Part shown: positions 1 through 13,279 of the stretch, in pieces
Layout of the letters: each line of letters opens with the position of its first letter
Position numbering within the stretch: position 1 is the stretch's first letter
Program-made: the position numbers and the translations under genes
The notes under the pieces: model-generated
What the model was told of the DNA's origin: nothing
What the model saw: only the letters and a program-made list of their open reading frames with translations
Databases searched by the model: none
Source of the DNA: Callorhinchus milii
Lineage: Eukaryota
Assembly (NCBI RefSeq): GCF_018977255.1
Contig: NW_024704743.1
Coordinates: 88,104,001-88,168,000, forward strand
Direction of reading: 5' to 3'
DNA length: 64,000 nucleotides

Positions 1-104
1 GATTTTAATAAATGCTTTATTTGACCACAGTTAACTCGAGCCTTGATCTCAGCTGCCGAATGTGAAACACTTTCATTTCTGTTCCAATTGTAACAAAACT
101 TTAC

Positions 105-319
105 CATGAGATTAAATTTTCATATATTCTCCAGTCTGCAAACATGGTGAATTAGAAACATCATGAGAAACATGATGGGAGCAAAGACTAGCTCAGCTGA
201 TATTTTCTTCAATTTATGATCCCTTCTTCGCCATAGCAGATGCAGTGTGCAGACTTATGTAAATATGATAAAGGAGACACATTTTTGGTACTCCTCTTAT
301 TGATGTTTGACTGACAGCC
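105..319 (-). pseudogene. RNF213: RNF213-like exon remnant (RLSVKHQ*EEYQKC..LHLLWRR..; frameshifted IYENLIS)
   Basis: Acceptor ttctgctag|GG at 319, phase-compatible with the 996-1089 exon; three in-frame stops. The lower boundary is uncertain. Confidence 0.55.
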
Positions 320-995
320 CTAGCAGAATGGTCACAGAGAGCATCTGATAGGATGTGTGACTGGCAACCTGACTTGTAGAATTTCTTACTCATTCGTAAA
401 TGGTGCAGTGGTTTTCAAACTCATTTAATGCAAATTAAAGGCGATGTTAAGTGGAGCCCCAAAACTTCTCTCTGTTATTTAATCAGGCAGGAAATTGCTT
501 CCACGAGGCACACATAATGTTGACGCACAATATTTCAGTTTGCTGTGGCATCTCTAAACAGTGACTACGGCATGCAGTCGTAAAAGGAACCAACGCTGCT
601 TGAAACCTTTCTTCTGAATCTTATTTATTAACTAAAAAATCCTAGTGAATGCCAAGGCTTTAAACACTAGGATAAAAGAAATATCAAGATCAGTTAAGTG
701 ACACCAATTGAAGCATATAGATTTGGTGGAAGAGCAAGAGATACATTGTTTCATGGCCATGGGGTGCCATGAGAGAACTTCTTATCTTTTCATTTAATGT
801 TGTGCCTTTCACACCAGGAGGACGTGTTCAAAGTGTTTTACAGTATCTGCTGTAAAGAGTAGTGGCCTGTCTCTATTGTAGGCAAACAGAGCAGCCAATT
901 TATATACAACAATTTTCCTTACTTATGCCTGTATCCCCTTAATTCTAACGTGAAAGAATCTGTATACATGTAAATGCATTGTATTATCTCCTTAC

Positions 996-1089
996 GCTTT
1001 GCTTCCTTTTCCTCCAAATGGCATATCTTGCAACTGAAATCCACATGACGAGGCCAAAGTTCTTGGATTTGTTAAAAATAGGCAGAGTC
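996..1089 (-). pseudogene. RNF213: RNF213-like exon remnant DSAYF*QIQELWPRHVDFSCKICHLEEKEAK
   Basis: ttcacacag acceptor, gtaagg donor, 94 nt, one TAA; resembles DSLLK..QVDF..SKRL. Confidence 0.6.
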
Positions 1090-1262
1090 CTGTGTGAACA
1101 TATAGAGAATGTGCTGTGTAGGAATATTTCCCTATTTTTAAGCATCTCCTAATTGCCACTCTACCTGCTAAACTCCTCTCAGTCATATAACATCTGTACA
1201 AATCTCTTATAGCCTAGCTATGAAGAAATTACAGCAGTTCCATCAGTTCTAATTTGTGTTAC

Positions 1263-1428
1263 CAACTCCTTTTTCATTTTCTTTCTCAGCTGTTGCTTGA
1301 GTTCCTCCTAAGTGGCTGTTTTCTTCTTTTGTTGCAAACAATTTCGGCTCAGTTTTTCGAAGGACAGAATTGTTGATAAACTATTCATTCTCACTATCTC
1401 CTTAAGTTCGCCTACAGTTTTTGTGTCT
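1263..1428 (-). pseudogene. RNF213: RNF213-like exon remnant TKTVGELKEIVR..*EELKQQLRKKMKKEL
   Basis: Resembles TILVGQLELIIK..VEEALDWRREEL; one TAG; possible G|gtaaca donor. Confidence 0.55.
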
Positions 1429-1969
1429 AGATTACGCAGTGGGAGCCACAAATGATAAAAGCCTTCAGTGGCTCCCTGTTATTCTATTGAACTTGTCTCT
1501 GTTACCTTAAGGTTAATGGTTTTCTTACAGAATACACTCTTTTACTCCAACCGGGCATATTAAATTTACAACAATACATGTAGTGAATAATGGACACCTG
1601 ACAACAGTCACAAGGTAGTAATTCAGTATAGGTTTCAGTTATCATAAACCCCAAAAGTGAAGCTGAAGCAGTTTAAGAGCACCTTGTGAACCCTGAGATT
1701 ACATTACAGCTTGAAAATTGCTCTCTGATGTCCATTATTAAAAACTATATTCTGTTCTCTGTTTTTAGGAGGAGAAGCTTATTTGGGGGCATTTTTGTTC
1801 TGTATATACCCACAAATGTCATTGCACTCAATGCTTTTAATGTGCAATGATAGCCACACAAGAGGATTACTGAAGTTTTATCGAGCAATAAGCTGTAATT
1901 GATGAATGAGAAATTCTAGGTCTAAACTACAGTACTTGGATATGGTCATAGCAAAAGGAATGGACCCAT

Positions 1970-2697
1970 GTGTAAAGGATGGCTGCTCCATGATGTGATA
2001 TTTGTAACTCCTTCGTATTTGTGTCTGATTCACAAAATAATGAATCGCTATTTCCACGAGTTCCACATCTGGATAGGCTGCTGCTGGGATTTTACTGGTC
2101 CGTCTCCTCTCAGATTTTATCAGCTTAAAAGACTCAATTTACTGCGTAAATTCACACGCAAAATCTTGTGTGCAGCTTGCAAAATCCAACATTTGCAAAC
2201 CGGAAGAAGCCGGGATGCCAGGAAAACAGTAGAATAAGCATTGTCTTACAATTTATCTCTTTGATTGAACTTTTGGTCATCTTTCCCTTCCCCACCCCCT
2301 TGGTTCCCAACCCCAGGTTGGGTGGCCATCCAATACTGTGAATTGCTTTGAGGCATCTTGCTGACGTGAAAGGCCATGTATAACTATAAATTGTATTGTA
2401 TTCTGGAAGGTTGAGCTTGAATAGGCCAAAGAGCCTTCTCCATCCAAACCAAACTTGTGATTTCGTGAGCATTAATGCTTCCAATTTGTGAAGAATGTGT
2501 TTTAGACCCAGGCACAAACAGTTTATCTCAATCTGGCAGAATACTGGAGTTTAATACTATGTGTGTAAAACATCTATGTAATGAAGGGGCAAAAATAGAA
2601 ATAATTCCTATTAAAGCTTTTCCTCGCGATTCACTGTATGATTCAGACACAAATACGAGTTACAAATACCAGATCGTGGAGCAGCCATCCTTTACAC
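1970..2697. mobile_element. MITE-like/palindromic element with ~75-bp inverted arms (family unassigned), containing an old L2/SINE-type tail at ~2240-2402
   Basis: 1970-2048 (gtgtaaaggatggctgctccatgat..gaatcgc) is a near reverse complement of 2626-2697. Confidence 0.65.
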
Positions 2698-3574
2698 GTT
2701 CAAGGTCTGGAAGAGCACAAATCTTCTGTAGTGTAACAAGGACAAGATAGAAGCTATCCTCCTTGGCTTCTATAAATGTTGTTGTTGTTGTTGTTGAATG
2801 TCTCCTCACCTATGGGTCTGACCTCCTCAATCTCCCCAGTTTATCTCTCAAACTCACTGAGGTACTGCACAACTTCAGGATCCAGTTCAATCCTTAGCTT
2901 CCTACCTCACCTTTTGTCCCTAACCAGACTGTTTTGCTTTCATGCTCCCTGTCTCCACCCTTATCTCACAAAATACTGCTATTATCCTCATCTATGTTTG
3001 TCACCTCCTGCCTTGATTTCTCAAATGCACTCCTCATTGATTTCCCCAGTTCCACCATCCACAAGGTCCAGCTAATATAACACTCTGCCATCAATTTGAG
3101 TGCAACTTTTAAAGTTTACATTCTTGCTGGAAATAAACTGTGCAAAATATTATGAAATAATATAATTCTTGCACTTCTGCCTTTCCTTATGATGTGACAG
3201 GTGATCTGCCACAAACTAGCATCCGCATCACCCCAACCATACCAGGCTCCTCTGGTTCTGAACAGATCGAATTCAAGGTCCTCATTCTCGCATACAAAAT
3301 CCCTTCACATCCTTGCACCTCCCTACCTTTCTGATATGCTTTTCCCTACTCCTCTGCCTGTGCTCAGCTAACACTAACACTGTTCTGCATCTCCTGCCTT
3401 TCCCCATCACCATTGGTGGCTGAGCCTTCCGTCACTGTGTCTCTGTGACTGTGCATTTTGTCACCTCTCCTTTCCCTTTCGCCCTTGCTTGGCATTCAAC
3501 CCCACCGCTGTGAAATTCTCCAAGACTATATGAAGGGTACTATATAGATGCACAATGTTGTTCTTGATGCATTC

Positions 3575-3812
3575 CAGGAGGTGTCGTCCATCAGATGAGA
3601 TGATAAACTGTTTGCCCTGCTGCCTGTTCAGGTGAACATTAAAGATCCCATAGCACTGAAGAAAGAGAAGTGAGTTTTTCTTAGGGTGTAGGCCAACAAT
3701 CGGCCAGACAAAATTGATCATTCACTTCATGACTTTTTGTGAAACATTATTGTGTGTAAATTGGCTGTCACGGTCTCTACTCTTTACAGTAAATCCTGTG
3801 AAGTGCTTTCAG
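3575..3812 (+). mobile_element. Old Deu-domain SINE fragment (AmnSINE1/SacSINE1-like)
   Basis: tgcctgttcaggtgaacattaaagatcccatagcac..aaattggctg..gtgaagtgcttt matches the Deu body and tail. Confidence 0.7.
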
Positions 3813-3814
3813 AC

Positions 3815-4046
3815 TGTAAAACTAAATGGACACGGCAACTGGTAATTTTTACAAAAACATTGGAGATGTTTAGCAATTAGTAAACTTCACCAACACAAAT
3901 TACCTGAAGGGTATAGTCTTTGGCCACTTTCCTCTTCTTACTAATGCTGTGAAAGTAACGTCAAATGTTTATAAGCACTTACATGGAAACGATGACTGAT
4001 CATTAAATGCTCCAAAGTAGCTTTATTTGAATGTCAGATTGATTCT
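3815..4046 (-). pseudogene. RNF213: RNF213-like exon remnant (..YFGAF../LVRRGKWPKT../LIAKHLQ..)
   Basis: Frameshifted pieces resemble RKFGIVLSAVITKSWPRT..DILKHLL; boundaries approximate. Confidence 0.5.
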
Positions 4047-4499
4047 TTTGTGTGAATAAAAGTACAATAGTAAGATTCCACACCTTAAGTACATAGCAGC
4101 ATACTATAACAGTGTCACTAAAAATAGATGGCAGAGTAATAACAATGGATTATTGAAGATGCCAAGTGAAGAAAAGAGTACAGGATTCCCAGTGACTGCA
4201 GATGCTGCTGTGAGACTGATAATATTGTGTCAGTTCTCATACAAACCACTTCTGAATTTAAAGACCTGACAGGTCTGGCAGAAATTGTAATGTGTATGTT
4301 AGTTATACCTCAGGCACAGATTTTATCCCTTATTGTAAACATTTTCTGAATTAAATGACAGCGATTGTTAACCTTTGTTTGCAATTCAGTAAATACACAA
4401 ATAATCCTTGCTTTTGATATTGCGCTTTTCACGTGAGGAGGTATCACTTCACAGAGCACTTCACAGGAATTACCATAAAATGTAGTGATAAAGTGTAGT

Positions 4500-4709
4500 G
4501 TAATAATCCCTCCAAAAACCAAAAACAATAATAAATTGGTCATTTTCAATCCTGTTTGTGGGACATTGCTGTGCGCAATTGGCTGCCGCGTTCGCTCACA
4601 AATATACAGTCAATTCACTTTACAGTGTGTTCTGTGAAGCGCTTTGGGACGTCCTCCTGACGTGAAAAGCGCTATATCAAATGCAAGGATTATTATTATT
4701 ATTATTATT
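4500..4709 (+). mobile_element. 5'-truncated young tRNA-Ala/L2-tail SINE
   Basis: Near-identical to the 3' part of the full copy at 53790-54101; ends gcaaggatt(att)n. Confidence 0.9.
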
Positions 4710-4734
4710 AGTGACTCTATTTTATTGTAAAATA

Positions 4735-5018
4735 TTTGTTGTCCCACAAACAGCCATTTAATCAGAGGATTGTTGGCCAGGACACCAGAAAAAACTCCTT
4801 TCTCTTTTTGAAGGGCCTTGGGATCTTTAATATCCACCTGAATAAATAGTTCTTGGGGGTCTTGTTTAGCATATCATTTGAAAGACGGTGTTTCTGACAA
4901 TGCAACACAGCCCCAGCAGTGTATTGGAGTATCATACTAGGGTAGGACTTTAAAGTCTGACATTGGGATCAACCCACGACCTTCTGATTCAAAGGCAAGA
5001 ATGCTGCCAACAAAGCTA
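4735..5018 (-). mobile_element. Old Deu-domain SINE with tRNA-like head
   Basis: Reverse complement carries a B-box-like gtgggttgatccc and the Deu core caggtggatattaaagatccc..gtgtcctggccaac. Confidence 0.7.
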
Positions 5019-5210
5019 GTAGGTTTACACTTGGATGCTTTAAAACATAATTGCACTGAATTTCAATCTGATAGTGTTCTTTGATTAATGGATTGATTTG
5101 TGAACAGTAACATGTCTAGTTTTAAAACAAATCAAAATTGTCTGGATTTGTTTAGGTAATATAAATTTGGGTATATGATGTGATAATTATCTATGGTGTT
5201 AATACTTAAC

Positions 5211-5608
5211 TGAAGAGCTGAACAACAATTTGTATCAATGTGATAACCCTAACACCATGTCTCATATTTTCACCCCAGTAACCATTTGGGGATGTCAGCA
5301 TTGCCAAAGTTACGTCAAGCAACTTGATTTCACTTTTTTGAAAGGCACATTTCAAAGCCATTGAATTCTGTACAGAATAACCTAACAAAGTGCTTTATCA
5401 AACCATTTTTTCAAGCTCCTGTTGTTAAAAAGACCTCAGTCCTACAAAGGCAAGAGAGTACTGTCTTTCTGTGTACTGTATTTGATCAACATGAGAACCA
5501 TCAGCATGTATTGACTTTCTCAACATGCGAGTCAGATAAAATCTAATAACAGTCTTTGTGAAAAGGAACTCACTGCTTTTATTGACTGGATCGAGCTTGT
5601 GAAGAGAG
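5211..5608 (-). pseudogene. RNF213: RNF213-like exon remnant(s) (SLHKLDP..HVDQIQ; YSVQNSMALKCAFQ..)
   Basis: Acceptors ctttag at 5608 and ttgttag at 5381; two open 60-68 aa ORFs weakly resembling PLSQITAY..EDSVAKTFEKC at the expected colinear position. Confidence 0.45.
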
Positions 5609-6044
5609 CTAAAGCAAGTGTAATTTCTCATTTCTTGTCATTCCTTGGTGGTGCCAGAACTTGGTTTCATTTGTTTACAATTTGATCTTACATCTTAATA
5701 GGTTCCTGTGTCGATTATTTTCCCACTGAATTCTTGAAGGGGCATTGTTTGTATGGAGAGGAGATGGTAAATATGTCAAGAAACTGGGAGTGAGAGTGAC
5801 ACTTCAACATCAGCAAAACACCTTATGAAGTAAATAACAATTCCTACAAGTAAAATATAGGAACGTAGGAAAACAAGAAGCAAGAAGGTCATTTAGCCCA
5901 CTGAGTCTGTTCAATGTTAAATTAGACCTTGGCAAATATTTTAATCCAAATGCCTTATCACCTTACCTTTCAAAAGCTCCAATGCTCAAGTATATAGGAA
6001 AACAGGAATAATATCTAATAATAATAATAATGTAATTGGCACAG

Positions 6045-6385
6045 TGTAATAACAACAATTCTTCCATGTGATAGAGCACTTTTCATATGATGAGGACATC
6101 TCAAAGCACTTCACAGGATTTACTGTAAAATGTAGTGATTGTGCATTTGTAGGCAAAACACGGTAGCCAATTTGTATATAGCAGTGTCCCACAAATAGGC
6201 ATGAAGCGAATTAATTTTGGCAAGAAATTCCCTTCCCTTTTGATTAGTGCCATGAATTTTTTAATGTCCACCTGCACAGGCCTACAGAAATTTGTTTAAC
6301 GCCTCACCCGAAGGATGGCACCTCTGACAATGCAGTGTACGCCCTCGCACAGCATTGGAATGTCAGCCTAGACCATGTGAGTTAT
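6045..6385 (-). mobile_element. Old Deu-domain SINE, 3' and central part (its head lies at 11310-11398)
   Basis: ggcacctctgacaatgcag..ggaatgtcagcctagaccatgtg is interrupted by L2 and resumes as ttcaag..ttgaacccaaaccttctgcctcagagg..actgagcc. Confidence 0.7.
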
Positions 6386-6391
6386 CGTTTG

Positions 6392-7915
6392 GTCCCCCAA
6401 GCCCTCTCTCACCTTCCTCTCCGACTTCTCCACCGTCCTATCTTCCCTCTCCCTCTACTCCGAATGCCTCCTCGTCCTAGGCGACTTCAAACTTCACATC
6501 ATCCCCTCCTGCTCTACCTTTGCTGACTTCTCCTCCCTTATCTACTCTCTCAACCTTTCCTCCCACAACCACTCTGCCACCCATTTCCATGGTCACCCGC
6601 TCGACCTGGTGATCACTCGGGGCCTCACCATGTCGGACTTCACCATCATCGACAAAGCGATCTCGGACAATCACTTCATCTCCTCTAACTCCTCAATCCC
6701 TCTCCTGACCTCCACCCAACCCACCTCCAGCCCCTGGAAAAAAATCTCATCGCTCTCCCACTCCGCTGCCTTGGAGTCATCTGAACTCTTCCCCATCTTG
6801 GGTTCCTCCCGCAATGACCTATCCTTCTCAGTCACCTTCTTCCACAACTCCCTCTCCACCACTCTCGATTCCCTTGCTCCCCTCACTTCCCAAACTGTCG
6901 CTTACTCACGAAAGTCACCAGCAACCTCCGTTCCCTTAAAGCACAGGTACGTGCCGTTGAACACACCTGGCTTAAATCGAACTTAACAGTCCAATGGCAG
7001 ATCTGGCTGGATCGTATCAGATTTTACCACTCCACCTGCATCTTTCTACTTCAAGACAACCTTGGAGGCCAAGGACAACCCCAGGCTCCTCTTCTCCATC
7101 ACCAACTGGCTCCTCCACCCACCCTCTCATGCCTCGCCCATCCTCACCTCCAATGCCACTGCGAGGCGATGTTGGACTTCTTCGAATCCAAAGTCAAGGC
7201 TGCCTCTGCCATTCCATCTACTATTCCCATCTCCCCCTCACACCTGAGCCCCTAACCATTCCTCCCTCCACACTTTCGAATCTGTCTCCCACTCCCCTCT
7301 CACCACCACTATAACCTGCATGAATCCGACTACGTGCCCCTCGACCCCATTCACAGCACAGAAACAGCCCTGGTCAAAGTGACAAATGACATTCTGTCCA
7401 TTTGGGACCCAGGCTCCCTCTGCCTCCTCATCCTCATTGACTTCTTTGCTGCCTTCGACACAGTTGACCACTCGATCCTCATCCACCGCCTCTACTCTCA
7501 CCTCAACCTTCATGGTTCTGTCCTTGAATGGTTAAGATCATACCTCTCACACCACCTCCACTTCATCGCCAGAAATGGTTTTTCTCCTCTAGCCCCAGCA
7601 CTGACTCATTCAGCATTCCTCAGGGCTCTGTCCTTCATCCCCTCCTCTTCAATATCTATATACTCCCTCCTGGTAACATCATCCACAGACATGGGGTCAA
7701 TTTCCACATGTATGGAGAGGACACCCAACTGTACCTCACTGCCTCCACCCTTGACTCCAGGACCACTGACAGAATGTCTGTCAGACATCAAGTCCTGGAT
7801 GAGAGATAACTTTCTTCAGTTGAACGCCAACGAGACTGAGGCTCTCCTGATTGGCCCCTCCATACCTTAGGCACTGACAAGATCATCATCCATGGAAGCA
7901 CACTTCACATTACTA
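6392..7915 (+). mobile_element. Older L2 LINE, 5' part (EN end and RT, internally deleted, YGED motif)
   Basis: Fragments [40 protein letters not shown]. Confidence 0.9.
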
Positions 7916-10787
7916 ACGGAAACCTGGCTCACCCCAGGCGACACCTTCCCCCTCACGGAGGCCACGCCACCCGGCTACACCTCCCACCACATCCCTCGCC
8001 CCAACCGCCGTGGCGGTGGTGTTGCCCTTATCTCAAGGACACCACTTGCCCTATCCCCCTACTCCTCTGGCTCTTTCCCCTCTTTTGAGCACCTCACCCT
8101 CTCCCACCCCTCCTTCCTCTCACTTAAAATCCTCCTCTACCGGCCCCCTAAAGCCTCTCCCACCTTTATCTCTGATATCTCAACACTTCTCACATCTCTC
8201 TGCCTCTGCTCTGATCGCCTCATCATCCTGGGCGACTTTAACCTACACTTCACCCCCTCCTGCTCAATCTCCTCAGATTTCTCTTCCCTGCTCTCCTCGC
8301 TCAACCTCTCCCTTCACATCAACTCCCCCACTCACAGTCACGGCCACCCACTCGACTTGGTGATCACCCGGGGCCTCAGTGTCTCGGATGTCACCATCAC
8401 CGATAAGGCCATCTCCGACCACCACTTCATCTCCTTCACCACCTCCACCCCCCTCCCACCTCCACCAGACCCACCACCATCTTCTACCGCCCTTGGAAGA
8501 AGTTACCCCCTCAATCCCTAACCACTGCCTTGGAGTCCTCTGAACTCCTCTCCCTCTGGCCTTCAACCCTCACCGACCCCTCTTCTGCTCTCACCCTCCT
8601 CCACAACACCCTCTCCTCCACACTTGACACTCTTGCCCCTATCACCTCCCGTACTGTCTCCTACTCTCGCTCCTCCCCCTGGTTCACCACCCACCTCCGC
8701 TCACTGAAGAGCCAGGTGCGGGCCGCTGAACGCACCTGGGTCAAATCTGGCCTAACGGTCCACCGACAAATCTGGCTGGACCTCCTCAAAATCTACCGCT
8801 CCACTCTAGCCTCGGCCAAATCGTCCTTCTACTCCAGGATAATCCTGGAGGCGAAGGACAACCCCAGGCTACTGTTCTCTACCACATCCCAACTCCTCCG
8901 TCCCCCCCGCCACCCCGCGCAGGTCATCTCCTCCAACCTTCACTGCGAGGAGATGCTGGATTTCCTTGAATCCAAGATCAAGGGAATCCGCTCCGCGGTC
9001 ACTTCCCCTCCAACATCCACCCACCACCCACCCCTTCCCTCCCACACTCCGACTCCTACCCATCCTCCCCTACACACCTTCGTACCCGTTTCCCCATCCT
9101 CTGTCACCAAACTCATCCTCTCCCTGAAACCTACCACCTGCTCCCTTGACCCCATCCCCACTCCACTCCTTATCTCCCAGCTCCACCTCCTTGCCCCACA
9201 TATCACAGACATCGTCAACCTGTCCCTCTCCTCTGGCTCTTTTCCCATTCCCTTAAAAACTGCCACCATCACTCCCACCTTAAAAAAACCCTCCCTTGAT
9301 GCGTCGCAGCTATCAAGCTACCGGCCCATCTCCAACCTCCCCTTCCTATCCAAGGTCCTGGAACGAGTTGTCGCCTCCCAGCTGCGCTCTTTCCTCTCCA
9401 ACCATTCACTATTCGAACCCCTTCAGTCGGGTTTCCGTGCTGCCCATAGCACAGAAACTGCCCTGGTCAAGGTCACCAATGACATCCTGACCATCTGTGA
9501 CCAGGGCTCCCTCTGCCTCCTCGTCCTCCTCGACCTATCGGCAGCATTCGATACGGTCGACCACGCTATCCTCCTCCACCGCTTGTCCTCCCACCTAAAC
9601 CTTCAAGGCCCTGTCCTTGAGTGGTTTAGGTCGTACCTCTCCCACCGTCTTCACTTTGTTTCCACGAACGGCTTTTCTTCCAGCCCCCGCACTGTCTCGT
9701 GCGGTGTCCCTCAGGGCTCTGTCCCCTCCTCTTCACCCTCTATATGCTCCCCCTTGGTGACATCATCCGCAGACATGGGGTTAACTTCCACATGTATGCG
9801 GATGACACCCAACTCTACCTTTCCTCCTCTACCCTCAACTCCACGACCACCGATGTCCTGACAGCTGCCTGTCCGACATCGAGTCCTGGACGAGAGATAA
9901 CTTTCTCCAGCTCAACGTGCGCAAAACTGAGGCCCTCCTGATTGGCTCACGTCAGCGCCTCCGCACCTCAGGCGCTGACAGCATCAGCATCCAAGGCTGC
10001 ACTCTCCACCTCTCAAAGCCAGTCAGGAACCTCGGCGTTCTGTTCGACCCTGAGCTGTCCTTTCTCCCTCATATCCGCGCCACAACTGGCACCGCCTTCC
10101 ATCACCTCCGGAACATCGCCAGACTACGGCACTACCTCACCCCTCACGCTGCTGAAACTCTGGTCCACGCCTTTATCACCTCAAGGCTGGACTATGGGAA
10201 CTCTCTCCTCGCCGGCCTTCCCGGCACCTCCCTCCACAAGCTGCAGATCATTCAGAACTCTGCAGCTCGTGTACTGTCCCGCACCAGGCTTCGGGACCAC
10301 ATCACTCCCACCCTCGCTCGCCTCCACTGGCTCCCCATCCCCCAGAGGATCGAATTCAAGATCCTCACCCTCACCTACAAGGCCATTCACGGCCTTGCTC
10401 CCTCCTACCTCTCCGACCTACTATCCCCCTACCTACCTGCCCGTACCCTCCGTTCCTCTGGCTCCGGTTTCCTCCACATCCCCCGCCCCAACCGCCCTAG
10501 TATCGGTGGCCGGGCCTTCAGCCTCTCAGCCCCGAGGTTCTGGAACTCTATCCCCCAGTGCCTTCGCCTTGTCTCCTCCCTTTCCTCCTTCAAGGCCGGT
10601 CTCAAGACCTTTCTCTTTGACCATGCCTTCAGCTCCCCTCTCGACTCTCTACCCCCTCCTCGCTCCCTCCCTTCCCTCCCCTCACCCTGACCATTTCCCC
10701 CCCTGCTCGGGTCCTGACCCAACTGTACAGCGCCTTGGGACGTCCTCCCAACGTGAAAGGCGCTCAATAAATGGAATCTTGTTGTTG
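7916..10787 (+). mobile_element. Young L2 LINE, 5'-truncated within the APE endonuclease; ORF2 broken by several frameshifts; 3' UTR with (GTT)n tail
   Basis: ETWL, RRGGGVA, YRPP, GDFN, SDH (EN); [41 protein letters not shown] (L2 RT/C-terminus). Confidence 0.97.
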
Positions 10788-11309
10788 TAAGTCTGGAACC
10801 TTGGCGTCTTGTTTAACCCTCAACTATCCTTTCTACCCCACATCCATGCCATGACCCGCTCTGCCTTCCCCCATCACCGCTACATCGCCCGGTTCTGCCA
10901 ATGTTTCCACACCGCAGGCCGCTGAAACCCTTATACATGCATTCATAACATCCAGGCTTGACAATGCAAACTCCTTCCTTTTTGGCCTCCCCAACTCCTC
11001 CCTCCATAGGCTGCAGATCATCCAGCACTCTGCAGCCTGTGTCCTCTCCTGCACCAGGTTCCATGACCCTACCATCCCACCCGCTCCCTCCGCTCAGCGG
11101 GCTCCGTCTCGCCCAACCCACCATTTGCAGGCGGGCCTTCTTGAACTCTAGCCCCACCCTCTGGAACTTTCGATGTGCCTGCTTCACCCCCTGCCCTCCA
11201 CCCTCCCCAATCCCAACCCCCAGCTTGCATCTGAATCACTGACTGTGCAGATCCTTGGGATGTCCTCCTAATGTGAAACGCGCTATACAAATGTAATTTT
11301 GTTGTTGTT
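10788..11309 (+). mobile_element. Older L2 LINE, 3' continuation after the young L2 insertion
   Basis: Resumes at ggaaccttggcgtcttgttt (NLGVLF), where 6392-7915 stopped; ends aaatgtaattttgttgttg. Confidence 0.88.
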
Positions 11310-11741
11310 TGGGTTCAAGCCCAAAAGTCGCAATTTGGGGGTTGAACCCAAACCTTCTGCCTCAGAGGAGTGGGTGGTGCCAACTGAGCCAGCCTGATAT
11401 GGTCTGACACAGTCACATGGAGCCGAATTCCCTCAGACCTGTTGTTTTTCATTGCATTTTCAACAAAATGAGTGGAATAACATCATTGGTGCACATTTCA
11501 TCATATAAAAATGCAATGCTTGTACAACTTTATGCTGTACTGATGTTAGTGCAATATTTTTCAGCAGAATTAATAGAGAATTTTCAGAGTTAAACGTTCT
11601 GGAAATGTACAATGCCCCAAAACTCACTGACAATATATTTAAACATATTCTTTAATAATCAATTTTTCATAATCTAATAAACTGGGAAAACCAGGATCAA
11701 TGGGCCAATTAGTCTCCTCCTCTTAATTTCCTAGTAATTGA

Positions 11742-12218
11742 AAACTCCAATACCCAGATACTCACGCACGTAACTCCGTAGCCCGATCACACCAGTCCTT
11801 GCCAGACTCCACTGGCTCCCAATAACCGAACGGATCGATTTCAAGATCCTCTCACTCGTTTTCAAGTTACTTAATTCCCTCATACCTCCCTACCTATCCA
11901 ATCTGCTTATCCCCCACTCCACCACCCGCTGCCTCCTCTCGGCAGGCTCCGGCCTCCTGTTTGTCCCTTGTGACCTCCATTCCATCATCGGTGGCCGTGT
12001 CTTCAGCCACTATGCCCAAAAACTCTGGAACTTTCTCCCTCAATCCCTCCGCCTTGCCCTCTTCACTCCCCACCTTCAAATCCTGCCTAAAGACTGCTGT
12101 TTTTGACTGTGCTCCCCACTCCCTCTCCCCATGGCTCGTTGTCAGACTCTGCCACTGTCAAGCGCTCTGGGATGCTACCCCAAGTGAAGGGCACTATAAA
12201 AATGAAAGTTGTTGTTGT
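11742..12218 (+). mobile_element. L2 3' fragment (different subfamily)
   Basis: ITPVLARLHWLPI.ERIDFKIL; tail agggcactataaaaatgaaagttgttgttg. Confidence 0.85.
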
Positions 12219-12473
12219 GATAAGTTTCAAGTCCCTTAAGGTCTACAGCTCATATATAAAGCAATGAAATGTTTTTCATTACATTTAATTTTATCCCTTC
12301 TCTCTAATTTTGTTTAAGCATCTTCCATGTTATTCCCTGATATAATAATCCTGGAATTCCGAAAAAGCTATGGAGGGGAAAGAAAAGTGAGCGGTTATAT
12401 CCTGGGGTTTTGTATATTAGTCTAATTGCTGTGTTGAACTACATTCATTTTAAACAAAGAACCGCACGTTAGC

Positions 12474-12685
12474 CTTGACCACATGCTCTCTGCACTTTGT
12501 TAAATTAGTCTGCGGGAAAGAAAGGGATTGGTACTCGATACTAACAAATATCTCTTCTAACCAAACACAAGCATCTCTTGTCAGTGTCTGTACAAGGGCC
12601 ACTGGAGCATGAGAAGCTTTTAATGGAGTACCCTGGTCTTCATCATAAATCAATCATCCGATAAGAGACTCTTTTAGAGAATTAG
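12474..12685 (-). pseudogene. RNF213: RNF213-like exon remnant NSLKESLIG*LIY..VQTLTRDACVWLEEIF..
   Basis: ttccag acceptor; one TGA; resembles VFQGTLAATKRWLREVF. Confidence 0.55.
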
Positions 12686-13279
12686 CTGGAATTGTTCAGT
12701 CTGATGACTTTCATATTGTAAAGAAGGTTTAACGGTAGGTCTGTGAAAGGTCACTGTTCCTCTTTCTAGCCACAGGCATACTTCAATATACATGCAGCCT
12801 CAGTGGCCCCAGTTAGTAATACAAAGAGTGTGAAGACATACGGGATCAAGAACTGTTACTGTAGGTATCGATTAGCCTAGGGCCATAGGGATCTACCTTG
12901 GAGGTCTCAAAGAAAGCTCATCTGTGTGTCAGCTCTGCTGGACTGACACTACATCATGACTTAGCTGCATGTTACTAAAGCTTTTTATTCCCCACTGATG
13001 CTGGCGTAGTCAGCGTCCACAGTCACACGCAGACCTTACAGCTGACGCTCGGGGGACACATAGTAAAGTGCGCAGACAGCTGGTGTCCTAGACCCCTGTC
13101 TTCCAAGCATTCTTCTTTCTGAGCTTCTAGTGACCTTTAGCAGAGTTAAGTGCTTGCTGCATTTGGCTGGCATATGTCTTAGTCTGAGCATATGATGGTT
13201 CCAAATGAACTGCATTGTCCCCCTCTGAGTGATCCTCTTTGGACAGTAAAGAAATAGTTTTCCAACTCCAGTGTGAGGA

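Noticed and set aside
1530..1876. Plus-strand exons (acceptors at ~1530 and ~1769; donor at ~13308)
   Set aside because: No consistent frame chain or recognisable peptide; such motifs are expected by chance in AT-rich DNA.
7892..10790. Intact autonomous L2 or domesticated RT gene
   Set aside because: 5'-truncated, with frameshifts near 8490, 9723 and 9867; the ATG at 7892 comes from the older host element.
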